A stretch of 59,758 nucleotides of DNA from an uncultured Dehalococcoidales bacterium. Lineage in GTDB: Bacteria > Chloroflexota > Dehalococcoidia > GIF9 > AB-539-J10. The stretch lies in the NCBI GenBank assembly GCA_964545665.1, contig CAZJGF010000001.1:1-59758 (forward strand), written 5' to 3'. Shown piece by piece: positions 37,019-46,078 of the stretch. The position numbers and the translations under genes were made by a program. Within the stretch, counting starts at the first letter, position 1. The number at the start of each line of letters is the position of its first letter. The notes beneath the pieces were generated by a model. That model made no database searches. It had not been told where the DNA came from and saw only the letters and a program-made list of their open reading frames with translations.

Positions 37019-39697
37019 GTGAGCATGGATACTGTTACTTTGATTATTGACGGTAAGGAAGTAAAAGCGAGAAAGGGAACCACAGTTTTAGACGCAGCTC
37101 TAGAAGCGGACATTTATATTCCTACACTTTGCTACCACCCAGACCTAACTCCCTTTGGTGCCTGCCGCCTGTGCATCGTGGAGATCGAAGGGATGGTCGG
37201 CTTTCCCCCGGCATGCACTACCCCGGCGGCTGAAGGAATGACAGTCCATACCAATACCGAAAAGTTGCAGGAGCTTCGCCGCAATATAATGGAGCTGATT
37301 TTGAGCGAACATCCGTATTCCTGCCTCACCTGCTCCAAAAACCTAAATTGCGAATTGCAGAGGGTTGCTCGCTATATCGGACTGGAAAAAGTAACTCTCC
37401 CTTATACCAGTAAGGAACTCCCCATTGATAGGGAAAACCCGTTCTTCGACCGAGATTATAACTTGTGCATTCTTTGTGGTCGCTGCGTCCGCATGTGCCA
37501 AGAGGTACGCAAGGTGGGAGCCATCTCCTTTATCTATCGAGGGAGTAAGGCTTTGATAGGTACTGCCTTCGATCGCCCGCTACAGGAAGTGAGCTGCGAA
37601 TTCTGCGGCGCTTGCATTGATGCTTGCCCTACTGGAGCCCTGACGGAGAGAACCAATAAGTGGGAGGGTTTGCCTGACCGTGAAGTAGTCACTATTTGCC
37701 CATATTGTGGTGTTGGCTGCCAACTCAAGCTCAAGGTCAAGGATGAGAGAATAATGACTACCGTCCCCGCTCCAGACGGCGTGACCAATCATGGTCAAGC
37801 ATGTGTCAAGGGCCGTTTCGGTATCGCTGAATTTGTCCATCACCCCCAGCGTTTGACTTCTCCCTTAATAAGACAGAACGGGGAGTTGAAAGAGGCATCT
37901 TGGGAGGAAGCGGTAGGGCTGGTGGCCAGGAAACTGAGAACTTATAAAGCAGAGGAAGTAGGGTTAATTGCCTCAGCCAAGTGCACCAACGAGGAGAATT
38001 ATGTCATGCAAAAACTTGCTCGAGCGGTGCTGGGCAGCAACAACGTTGATCACTGTGCCCGACTATGTCATGCTCCCACTGTGACCGGCCTCGTTCAAAG
38101 CTTTGGTAGCGGAGCTATGACTAATTCCATCAACGAAATTGGCCACGCCGCTTGCATTCTTGCTATCGGCACTAACACTACGGAAAATCACCCAGTGATC
38201 GGGCTTGAAGTGAAGAAAGCAGTAGATAGGGGGGCAGAACTCATCGTAGCGAATCCTCGCGAAATTGACCTCTGCCGCTTTGCCAGCCTCTGGCTACGGC
38301 ATAGCCCGGGCACAGATGTTGCCTTGCTCATGGGTATGATGCGGGTTACAGTGGACGAGGAATTGTTCGACTCAGCGTTTATCAGAGAGAGATGTGAAAA
38401 CTTCGATGCTTTTAAGGAATCGTTAAGAAACTTTGACCTTGATTTTGTCGAGCAGGTCACCAGAGTGCCGCAGGACGAGATAGCAGAAGCTGCCCGCACG
38501 TATGCTACTAATAGTCCTGCCATGCTGCTCTACGCCATGGGTATCACCCAGCATTCCCATGGCACCGACAATGTGGTGGCTACAGCCAACCTGGCAATGC
38601 TAACTGGAAACATAGGCAAGCCCTCAGCCGGGGTCAATCCGCTCAGAGGCCAGAACAATGTGCAAGGTGCTTGCGATATGGGTGCTCTGCCCAATGTTTA
38701 CAGCGGCTATCAGGCAGTAGCTGATCCGGCTGTTAGAGAGAGGTTTGAGATTGCCTGGGGCTGCTCATTACCTTCATCTCCAGGGCTAACCTTGGTTGAG
38801 ATGCTTGAAGCTGCATATCGGAATGAGATAAAGGCGCTTTACCTCATTGGCGAGAATCCGGCAATGAGCGACCCTGATCTTGGACATATTCGAGAAGCAC
38901 TAGCTAGAGTCGAATTTCTTGTTGTTCAAGATGTTTTCCTTTCGGAGACCGCAGAGTTTGCCCATGTTGTTTTGCCAGCGGCAAGTTTTGCTGAGAAGGA
39001 CGGTACCTTCACCAACACTGAGCGGCGAGTGCAACGAGTAAGGAGGGCTATTGAGCCAATTGGGGATTCTAAGCCGGATTGGTGGATCGTCTGCCAGCTA
39101 GCCAAGAGGTTAGGAGCTAGAGGGTTTGACTATAGCCACCCGCTTGACATAATGGAGGAAATCCGCCATCTCACTCCCAGCTATGGTGGCATAAGTTACC
39201 AGAGGTTAGAGGCCGGTGGACTCCAATGGCCCTGCCGTACTGATGACCATCCAGGTACACCGGTACTGCATGTGAATACTTTTGCCAGGGGGAAAGGTAG
39301 ATTCATCCCACTGGAATATATCCCCCCTGCGGAGCTGGCAGACGAAGACTATCCTTTGATTCTCACCACAGGCCGTAGTCTGTACCACTTTCATAGCGGG
39401 ACAATGACTCGGAAAGTAGCTGGCCTCAATATCATAGAGCCTGAAGGTACAGTGGAAATTAGCCCCAGCGATGCTTCACGGCTCAGCGTAGCCCAGGGGG
39501 ACAGGGTTAGAATCAGCTCTCGGCGTGGTGAAATCATCGCTAAAGCCAAAGTAACTGAGGCATCGCCTCCTGGAGTGGTGTTTATGACCTTCCATTTCGC
39601 CGAAAGTCCCGCCAATATCCTTACCAACCCTAAGCTAGACCCAATGTCCAAGATTCCTGAACTCAAAGTCTCAGCAGTCAGGGTAGAAAGACTGTGA
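37019..39697 (+). CDS. fdhA: Formate dehydrogenase catalytic subunit (Mo/W-bis-PGD), cysteine type, with an N-terminal FeS domain
   Basis: N-terminal [2Fe-2S] and [4Fe-4S] motifs. The catalytic domain has ICPYCGVGCQ and the active-site block DHCARLCHAP, with a TGT Cys codon at 38066-38068 where Sec-type enzymes carry TGA. ATG 37025 is an alternative start. Confidence 0.9.
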   Translation: MSMDTVTLIIDGKEVKARKGTTVLDAALEADIYIPTLCYHPDLTPFGACRLCIVEIEGMVGFPPACTTPAAEGMTVHTNTEKLQELRRNIMELILSEHPYSCLTCSKNLNCELQRVARYIGLEKVTLPYTSKELPIDRENPFFDRDYNLCILCGRCVRMCQEVRKVGAISFIYRGSKALIGTAFDRPLQEVSCEFCGACIDACPTGALTERTNKWEGLPDREVVTICPYCGVGCQLKLKVKDERIMTTVPAPDGVTNHGQACVKGRFGIAEFVHHPQRLTSPLIRQNGELKEASWEEAVGLVARKLRTYKAEEVGLIASAKCTNEENYVMQKLARAVLGSNNVDHCARLCHAPTVTGLVQSFGSGAMTNSINEIGHAACILAIGTNTTENHPVIGLEVKKAVDRGAELIVANPREIDLCRFASLWLRHSPGTDVALLMGMMRVTVDEELFDSAFIRERCENFDAFKESLRNFDLDFVEQVTRVPQDEIAEAARTYATNSPAMLLYAMGITQHSHGTDNVVATANLAMLTGNIGKPSAGVNPLRGQNNVQGACDMGALPNVYSGYQAVADPAVRERFEIAWGCSLPSSPGLTLVEMLEAAYRNEIKALYLIGENPAMSDPDLGHIREALARVEFLVVQDVFLSETAEFAHVVLPAASFAEKDGTFTNTERRVQRVRRAIEPIGDSKPDWWIVCQLAKRLGARGFDYSHPLDIMEEIRHLTPSYGGISYQRLEAGGLQWPCRTDDHPGTPVLHVNTFARGKGRFIPLEYIPPAELADEDYPLILTTGRSLYHFHSGTMTRKVAGLNIIEPEGTVEISPSDASRLSVAQGDRVRISSRRGEIIAKAKVTEASPPGVVFMTFHFAESPANILTNPKLDPMSKIPELKVSAVRVERL

Positions 39698-39749
39698 GGA
39701 CTTTGCAAGAGATATTAGCTGCGAGCACCAGGCTTCTCAGGTCAAATCT

Positions 39750-40673
39750 TCAGGGGCGGGGGCAAAGGCCGGCTGCGCTACAGATTCTTGGAATAGTCTC
39801 CTCTCGCTGAAGGGTCATGATGTGGATGCCCGCTACCCCTTCTACCTCTTTCAGTTGATTTATTGTGGCGATAGCGATTTTTGTCCCTTCCGTTGCCATT
39901 TCTTCTTTCGTGCGAGCCTTTAGGAGGCGTTCAATAATTTCATCTGGGACGTCAGTATTGGGGACTTTTGTCTTCATATACCTTGCTGCTGCTAGGGATG
40001 TTATGGGACTGATTCCAGCAAGGATTTTAACCTTCCTATCTAGTCCCTCTTCTTGAACAAGCTCCATCCATTTCTTAAATCTCTCAATGTTATAAACAGG
40101 CTGCGTCTGGACAAAATCTGCCCCGACAGCAACCTTATCCCTCAGGCGAATCACTTCGTCCTCTAGGGATTCGGCAAAGGGGTTTGCTCCTGCCCCAATG
40201 AAAAGTCGTGGCTCTCTTCCAGCTATTGGCTGTCCATTTTCAAACTCTTTCTCATCCCGGAGTCGTTTGACCATCCTGATAAACTGGATGGAATCGAGGT
40301 CGAAGACGGGCTTTGCCTCAGGACAATTTCCGAAAGAAACAGGATCCCCGGAGAGACAAAGTATGTTATTCACGCCAAACGCGGAGATGCCCAACACATC
40401 CATTTGGAGAGCAATTCGATTTCTGTCACGACAAGTCATTTGCGCTATGGGATCAAGACCCTCTTGTTTGCCTATAAGGCAGGCTGCCCAGCTTGCCATC
40501 GCTACCACCGCTGACTCTCCATCTGGGACATTAAAAGCATCAACATAGCCCTTAATCAGATTGAATTTTTCCCTTATCGCCTCGGTCTCCGTATTCTGAG
40601 GGGGACCAACTTGAGCAGTTACGGCAAAACATCCTGTTCCAAGTATCCTCTCCAGGTTGCTTTTCGTCTTCAT
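39750..40673 (-). CDS. metF: Methylenetetrahydrofolate reductase (acetogen-type MetF), stand-alone copy
   Basis: 307 aa with MTCRDRNRIALQ, LCLSGD, and FVQTQPVYN blocks. It is collinear with the second copy at 46759. Confidence 0.85.
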   Translation of the reverse strand: MKTKSNLERILGTGCFAVTAQVGPPQNTETEAIREKFNLIKGYVDAFNVPDGESAVVAMASWAACLIGKQEGLDPIAQMTCRDRNRIALQMDVLGISAFGVNNILCLSGDPVSFGNCPEAKPVFDLDSIQFIRMVKRLRDEKEFENGQPIAGREPRLFIGAGANPFAESLEDEVIRLRDKVAVGADFVQTQPVYNIERFKKWMELVQEEGLDRKVKILAGISPITSLAAARYMKTKVPNTDVPDEIIERLLKARTKEEMATEGTKIAIATINQLKEVEGVAGIHIMTLQREETIPRICSAAGLCPRP

Positions 40674-40763
40674 TTTGAACCCTGTAGCAAATATCTTATC
40701 ATGGTTTGCTGAAATTGATATACCTCGTTGCCAGCTTTCTGGAAACGATTAAACCACCAGTAT

Positions 40764-40792
40764 TTGCAGAAATCCTTAGAAGTACTTATAAT
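40764..40792 (+). promoter_or_regulatory. Candidate sigma-70-type promoter for the kinase/regulator/hdr unit
   Basis: TTGCAG (40764-40769), a 17-nt spacer, then TATAAT (40787-40792). The annotated GTG at 40806 has no SD, which implies a very short leader. An inverted repeat AGCAAA-n13-TTTGCT lies at 40686-40710 in the same divergent region. Confidence 0.4.
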
Positions 40793-40805
40793 GTAAACCC
40801 TTGAA

Positions 40806-41936
40806 GTGAAAGCAGTAACCGGGTTGGGCTCAGGCAAGGAAATACTAAAAGAATCAGACCTGTTCCGCGGTCTGAGCGACGATGAACTAGATAAGCTGCC
40901 ACCGCTTTGCCAGGAAGAAGTTTATGAGGCTGGGGTGGTTGTTTTCCTTGAAGGCGGCTGCTGCCATGCTATGTATATTGTGGAATCGGGCAAGGTGGCT
41001 CTGGAAATGAACCTTCATATTGGTCGGGTGGCAGAGGAAAGTGCGACGATTGACGTAATAACTAAAGGTGGCTGCTTGTGTTGCTCAGGGCTGATAGATC
41101 CTTGTATCCTTACTGCCACAGGCCGGACTCTTGAGACAACCAGGGTTGTTGTCTTAGATACGGCAGAGCTTATAGGCTTGCTCCAAGAGAACCCTGAAAT
41201 AGGATGTAAGGTGATGAATAACCTGGCCAAGATAGTTTCTTCAAGGCTTAAACACATTAGGGATACGATGGGACGTATTCTGTCCGTTATTTTCCACGAC
41301 CTAAAGGCTCCCTTGGCTGCGGTGGAAAGCTATAATCGGCTGTTGCTTGGTGAGTTCGCCGGAGAATTGAATGAGGAGCAAACGAACATAGTGAAAAGAA
41401 GTAGCAAGAGACTCTCTGATCTTCTAAATTTGGTGAGTAACATCATCGATTTTTCCCGAGTTGGTTTCGGGGACTTGAGGATGGAGAGAATTCCTGTGGG
41501 AAAAGTGATAGAAGATTGCATTGAAGCTATGCGCCCCTTAGCTGAGGAAAAGGGACTGCAACTGGTTGCTGAAGTATCTCCAGAACTCCCCGCTGTTCTC
41601 GGAGTTCAAGAGCGGCTTAAGCAGGTAGTTACCAACCTGTTGTCCAATGCCATTAAATTTACTCCTCACGGAGTAGTAACGGTTAAGGCGAGGGATGGTG
41701 CGGATGGCATACAGGTAGAGGTGGCGGATACCGGGATTGGTATTCCTGCCGAGGAATTGCCTAGGATATTTGATGGCTTCTATCGAGGTCTTGACATGGC
41801 TGAAAGGGGGGCTGGCCTAGGGCTTTCCATAACTAAGCAAATAGTTGAGGCCCACCGTGGTAGGATATGGGTGGTTAGCCCCTGTCCTGAAACCGGGAAG
41901 GGAAGCAAATTTGCCTTCACTTTGCCAAGGACTTGA
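40806..41936 (+). CDS. Cytoplasmic sensor histidine kinase with an N-terminal cNMP-binding-like domain
   Basis: H-box FHDLKAPL, N-box LLSNAIKFTP, G-boxes DTGIGI and GAGLGLS. The N-terminal ~150 aa have a cNMP-like fold pattern with a Cys-rich stretch (GGCLCCSGLIDPC). No TM segments are present. Confidence 0.8.
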   Translation: MKAVTGLGSGKEILKESDLFRGLSDDELDKLPPLCQEEVYEAGVVVFLEGGCCHAMYIVESGKVALEMNLHIGRVAEESATIDVITKGGCLCCSGLIDPCILTATGRTLETTRVVVLDTAELIGLLQENPEIGCKVMNNLAKIVSSRLKHIRDTMGRILSVIFHDLKAPLAAVESYNRLLLGEFAGELNEEQTNIVKRSSKRLSDLLNLVSNIIDFSRVGFGDLRMERIPVGKVIEDCIEAMRPLAEEKGLQLVAEVSPELPAVLGVQERLKQVVTNLLSNAIKFTPHGVVTVKARDGADGIQVEVADTGIGIPAEELPRIFDGFYRGLDMAERGAGLGLSITKQIVEAHRGRIWVVSPCPETGKGSKFAFTLPRT

Positions 41937-42000
41937 AAAGGTGAGGGAAAGGAGTGAGCGGATTAGGCGATTATTAGAACCAGTCGCCGGAGTAAGGTAG

Positions 42001-42423
42001 ATGGCTAAGATTCTGGTAGTAGATGATGACCCTGACATGCGGCTGGCAATTGGTAGCGTGCTAAAGTCGCGTTCCTATGAGATAGTTGAGGCTCGCGATG
42101 GAGAGGAGGCTCTAGCTAGGCTGAATGAAGAAAAGCCAGACTTAATGCTCCTAGACCTTCTGCTGCCAAAGATGGATGGTTTTGCTGTTGTCAAGGAGCT
42201 CAAGAACACCCAGGAGAGGTATCCCAGCGTACCTATACTAATCATAAGCTCGGTAAGGGAGGAAGCCAGTCACCGGCGCTATGAGCTAGAGGTAGGTCAT
42301 AAACTCAATATTGATGAGTATATTGAAAAACCCATTGAGCCGTTTATTCTACTGGAGCGTGTAGAGAGGCTTTTGTCTAAAGGAGGAAAAGATGCAAAAA
42401 CAAACCAAGATACTGGTCATTGA
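42001..42423 (+). CDS. Single-domain response regulator (CheY-like)
   Basis: ILVVDDD ... DLMLLDLLLPKMDG receiver motifs. 140 aa with no output domain. Confidence 0.85.
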   Translation: MAKILVVDDDPDMRLAIGSVLKSRSYEIVEARDGEEALARLNEEKPDLMLLDLLLPKMDGFAVVKELKNTQERYPSVPILIISSVREEASHRRYELEVGHKLNIDEYIEKPIEPFILLERVERLLSKGGKDAKTNQDTGH

Positions 42424-42799
42424 TGACGACCCCGATTTGCAGGCAGCAGTGAAGAAGGTGCTTGAAAGTAAGTCCTACGAAGTGGCTGCTGCGCTCAACG
42501 GAGACGAAGGTTTGCGGAAGGTAGTGGATGAAAGGCCCGATCTAATCATTCTAGACGTAGTGATGCCAGGTAAGAGTGGATTCGAGGTTTGCAAAGAACT
42601 CAAGACTGACCCAAAATATTACTTCTTCTCTCACATCCCTGTGCTGATGCTAACCGTTTATCCTGACGACAGAGAAAAGATGCACCTCTCTATGCGAGAG
42701 GGGATGACGATGGAGGCGGAAGACTACCTGCACAAGCCATTTGATCCTGACGAACTGCTAAACCGAGTGGAGGAATTGCTAGAAAAGAAAGAAAACTAG
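42392..42799 (+). CDS. Single-domain response regulator (CheY-like)
   Basis: ILVIDDD ... DLIILDVVMPGKSG ... KPF receiver motifs. 135 aa. It overlaps the preceding gene. Confidence 0.85.
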   Translation: MQKQTKILVIDDDPDLQAAVKKVLESKSYEVAAALNGDEGLRKVVDERPDLIILDVVMPGKSGFEVCKELKTDPKYYFFSHIPVLMLTVYPDDREKMHLSMREGMTMEAEDYLHKPFDPDELLNRVEELLEKKEN

Positions 42800-42802
42800 A
42801 TA

Positions 42803-44044
42803 GTGAATAAGTCAGTTGCAGTTATTGGCGGCGGCATAAGCGGAATAACTTCAGCATTAGAATTAGCCAATAGCGGCTTTAGAGTATACTTAATAGAGAG
42901 AGAAGCAGCAATTGGAGGGCAAGCTGCTTCTTTTTGTTGCAAGGCAACAGAGATCTGCACAAAGTGCTCAGTCTGCTTAATACCCCAAAAACTCAATAAG
43001 GTCGCAGTTCATTCCAAAATCTCGATCCTGACTGATTCGACAGTGGCAGGCTTAAGCGGCAAAGCCGGATATTTTGAGGTCGAAGTGCTTCGAAAACCTC
43101 AATATATTGCTCCAGAGAGATGTGTTGCTTGTGGAATATGTGCCCGAGTCTGTCCTACTGAACCTAAGGCAATCCGTTCTCCTTCCCCGGATGCAATCCC
43201 TTATTGTTATGTCATCGATGAAAGTCGATGTCTTCGCCTTAGAGGTGAAAAGTGCAACCTCTGTCGGGGAACGTGTCCCACAAACGGCATAGATTTTGAC
43301 CGGGAGCCAGAAAGGAAGGAGCTAAGCGTCAGTGCTATCATCGTTGCTACCGGATTCGAGGTTTTCAATGCTCGAGAAATGGGCTCCTTGGGCTATAGTA
43401 GATATCCTAACGTTCTGACTGGCCTTGACCTTGAGAGGATGTTCAATCGGTGGGGCTTTCTTAGACTTCCCTCCAATGGGAAAGAGCCTCGAAAAGTCGC
43501 CTTCATCCAGTGTGTAGGCTCAAGGGATGAAACTCGTGGCTATTGTTCCCAGGTATGCTGCAAGTATGCCATGAGGTTTGCTCGGCTTATCAAATATCAA
43601 AACCCAAATACTGAGGTGACCATCTTTTATATTGACCTTCAGACTGCTGGAAAGGGCTTTGCCGAGTTTTATGAAGAGTGTCGAGGGAATATTCAATTTA
43701 TTCGAGGAGTGCCAGTGGAAATTCTGGAGACCTCCGGGGAACTCGAGGTAAGGTTTGAGAATATTCTAGAAGGGAAGGTTGAACGAGAAACCTTTGACCT
43801 TGTAACCCTTTCGGTGGGCATCACCCCCAGGAAAGACTCCTGGAATCTGGCGAGAGTCTTGGGAATAAATTTGGGAGACCATGGCTTCTTCGATACCAAG
43901 GAGCCGTTTAATTCCATAGAGACGAATGTTGAGGGGATTTTCCTTGCCGGAACTTGTCAGGGTCCTAAAGACATCCCTGATTCTATTGCTCATGGAGTGG
44001 CTGCGGCAGAGGGAGCAATGGGGGTTCTAGAGAAATGCAAGTAA
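42803..44044 (+). CDS. hdrA: HdrA-like flavoprotein (first half of a split tandem HdrA)
   Basis: VAVIGGGISGITSALELA FAD motif, ferredoxin motifs CVACGICARVCP / CNLCRGTCP, and the HdrA signature FIQCVGSRDE..YCSQVCC. The usual LDKTFPT.DCS.C block is replaced by SFCCKATEICTKCSVC. Confidence 0.8.
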   Translation: MNKSVAVIGGGISGITSALELANSGFRVYLIEREAAIGGQAASFCCKATEICTKCSVCLIPQKLNKVAVHSKISILTDSTVAGLSGKAGYFEVEVLRKPQYIAPERCVACGICARVCPTEPKAIRSPSPDAIPYCYVIDESRCLRLRGEKCNLCRGTCPTNGIDFDREPERKELSVSAIIVATGFEVFNAREMGSLGYSRYPNVLTGLDLERMFNRWGFLRLPSNGKEPRKVAFIQCVGSRDETRGYCSQVCCKYAMRFARLIKYQNPNTEVTIFYIDLQTAGKGFAEFYEECRGNIQFIRGVPVEILETSGELEVRFENILEGKVERETFDLVTLSVGITPRKDSWNLARVLGINLGDHGFFDTKEPFNSIETNVEGIFLAGTCQGPKDIPDSIAHGVAAAEGAMGVLEKCK

Positions 44045-45699
44045 AGATGGGCATCTTCCTATGCGATTGCGGGGGGAGTCTAAAGAACATAGATTTTCCC
44101 AAAATTAGCGGAGATTTAGAGAAACTTGAAGACGTTGCCTTTATAGACATAAGCCATAGCTTGTGCCTTGAAGAAGGAGAGAAGGCGATAACTTCCAGAA
44201 TCCTGAGTGAGAACATAAATAGAGTAGTAATCGCTGCTTGCTCACCGGAGTTACGTGAGCACAAATTTGTCAGACTTCTAGAAGGGCTTAGATTTAACCC
44301 CAGTCTTCTTTCCTTGGCAAACATCAGGGAACAATGTTCTTGGACTCGTGAAGGCGATGTCACTGAGAAGGCGACGGAACTTATAAGAATGGCTATGGGT
44401 AAAGCTCGGTTGCTTCAGCCTGTGGAAAGAGAGAGCGTTTCAGTAAACAAAGAAGTACTAGTGCTGGGCGGAGGATTCTCTGGGATGAAATCGGCTCTTG
44501 AGCTTTCCCGGCTTGGAATCAGGACAACCATAGTGGAAGGGAAGTCAACCTTGGGGGGCAAGCTTAAGGAGGTTGAGGGCTTCTACGGACTTAAAACAAG
44601 CCCGAAACAGATGCTTGACTCGATGATAACGGCGATAGAGAAAGATAATAATATCGAGGTTCTAACCTCTGCTGAAGTTACAAGGGTGCGAGGGGAGGTG
44701 GGGGATTTTGACATAACAATAAGAGGAGGGAGAAAAGAATTCTCCCTGAGCTTTGGCGCTATCATCTTTGCCACCGGATATAGAACTGAAATTTTGCCGC
44801 AAGACTTTGAGCTTAAACCCGGAGGTAATATCATCTCACAGCTAGACCTTGTTGAGATGCTGCGAGCTCCAGAGAAGTTGAAACGAAGACCTGAGACTAT
44901 AGGCTTTATTCTCGATGTCTGTGATGAGAATTCACGCCTCCCTACCCTCTCCAGTCTCAACAATGCCTTGGCGGTTAGAGAGAAACTAGGAAGTGAAGTC
45001 TACGTGTTCTGTAAGAATCTGAAGGTAGATAGTGAAGGGGCGGAGGAGCTTTACCGAGAGGCGCGCAATCGCGGAGTAGTGTTTTTGAAATTTGACGAAC
45101 CACCACAGATATACTGTGAGGATGGCCGAGTGGCCATCGAGGCAAAGGATGTTCTTTTGGGTGAAGAGGTGGTGCTCCCCTGTGACCTCTTGGTGGCTGA
45201 GGAAAGAGCTTTGCCCCCAGAAGGAACCAAAGGCTTAAGCTCTATGCTAAATATAGGGACCGACTTCCAAGGCTTCTATCAGGATGAAAATGTGCATCTT
45301 TATTCAGCGGCATCAGCTAGGAAAGGGATGTTTTTTGTCGGAGGCTGCCGCGGGAATCTGGATCTCCGTCGAGCTTTGACCGATATTGCATCTGCGGTGA
45401 TGGGCAGCTATTCGCTTTTGGCTCTGGGGGAGGCAGTGGTCGAGGTGGAGAAAGTAAGGGTCGACCCGGAAAAGTGTCGGGCGTGCCTGACCTGCATCCG
45501 TGTATGTCCCCACGGTGCAGTTCAGTTAGTTCGGTTGGATACTGAGAAGGAGGTAGCTCAGATTTACGATCTGGCTTGTGATGGATGTGGCATCTGCTCT
45601 GCCTTATGTCCGGCAAAGGCAATAGATTTTAAAGGCTATGCCGATGAACAAATCCTTGCTGAAGTTGAAGCAATGGGAGAAACTAATGAACGTAGATAA
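44035..45699 (+). CDS. HdrA-like protein (second half of a split tandem HdrA)
   Basis: It starts with the HdrA-type MGIFLCDCGG domain, then a second Rossmann motif VLVLGGGFSGMKSALELS, and ends with 2x[4Fe-4S] (CRACLTCIRVCPHG, CDGCGICSALCPAKA). It is collinear with residues ~917-1480 of the protein at 48169 but lacks a CVGSR/YCS.VCC block. ATG 44047 is an alternative start. Confidence 0.75.
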   Translation: MQVKMGIFLCDCGGSLKNIDFPKISGDLEKLEDVAFIDISHSLCLEEGEKAITSRILSENINRVVIAACSPELREHKFVRLLEGLRFNPSLLSLANIREQCSWTREGDVTEKATELIRMAMGKARLLQPVERESVSVNKEVLVLGGGFSGMKSALELSRLGIRTTIVEGKSTLGGKLKEVEGFYGLKTSPKQMLDSMITAIEKDNNIEVLTSAEVTRVRGEVGDFDITIRGGRKEFSLSFGAIIFATGYRTEILPQDFELKPGGNIISQLDLVEMLRAPEKLKRRPETIGFILDVCDENSRLPTLSSLNNALAVREKLGSEVYVFCKNLKVDSEGAEELYREARNRGVVFLKFDEPPQIYCEDGRVAIEAKDVLLGEEVVLPCDLLVAEERALPPEGTKGLSSMLNIGTDFQGFYQDENVHLYSAASARKGMFFVGGCRGNLDLRRALTDIASAVMGSYSLLALGEAVVEVEKVRVDPEKCRACLTCIRVCPHGAVQLVRLDTEKEVAQIYDLACDGCGICSALCPAKAIDFKGYADEQILAEVEAMGETNERR

Positions 45700-46075
45700 T
45701 AACAAGATTGTTGCTTTTTGCTGTGCGAACTCAGCTTATCAGGCAGCGGACAAGGCGGGAAAGATGAGGCTTTGTTATCCAGATAATGTCAGGATCATTC
45801 GAGTCCCTTGTGCTGGAAGGGTGGATGTTGTTCATATTCTTAAAGCCTTTGAGAAAGGCGCCGCTGGGGTACTGGTGATGGGTTGTCAGGAGGGTGCCTG
45901 CCAGCATCTTACAGGCAACACTCGAGCGAAGGAAAGGCTAAAGTATGCCGGCGATTTGCTCAAAGAAGTAGGAATAGATAGAGAGCGAGTTAAAATGGTC
46001 AATCTTGCCCCAGACATGGCTCAAAAGTTCATCTGTGAGATTGAGGTGATGATGGAGAAGATAAAGGAGGCGTGA
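45686..46075 (+). CDS. mvhD: MvhD/FlpD-like [2Fe-2S] electron-transfer protein (copy 1)
   Basis: KIVAFCCANSAYQAAD ... IIRVPCAGRV ... GVLVMGCQEGACQH, the typical MvhD Cys pattern. ATG 45686 is preferred to the upstream track start, which overlaps hdrA. Confidence 0.85.
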   Translation: MNVDNNKIVAFCCANSAYQAADKAGKMRLCYPDNVRIIRVPCAGRVDVVHILKAFEKGAAGVLVMGCQEGACQHLTGNTRAKERLKYAGDLLKEVGIDRERVKMVNLAPDMAQKFICEIEVMMEKIKEA

Positions 46076-46078
46076 GGA

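Noticed and set aside
38066-38068. Possible selenocysteine in FdhA, and likewise in the HdrA and MvhD homologs.
   Set aside because: The FDH active-site codon is TGT (Cys). All of these ORFs are uninterrupted by TGA.
44035-44047. The split between the two HdrA-like ORFs might be a frameshift pseudogene of one large gene.
   Set aside because: The break falls exactly in the interdomain linker. The second ORF has its own ATG options and a 10-nt overlap typical of translational coupling. Both halves are otherwise intact. Read-level verification would still be useful.
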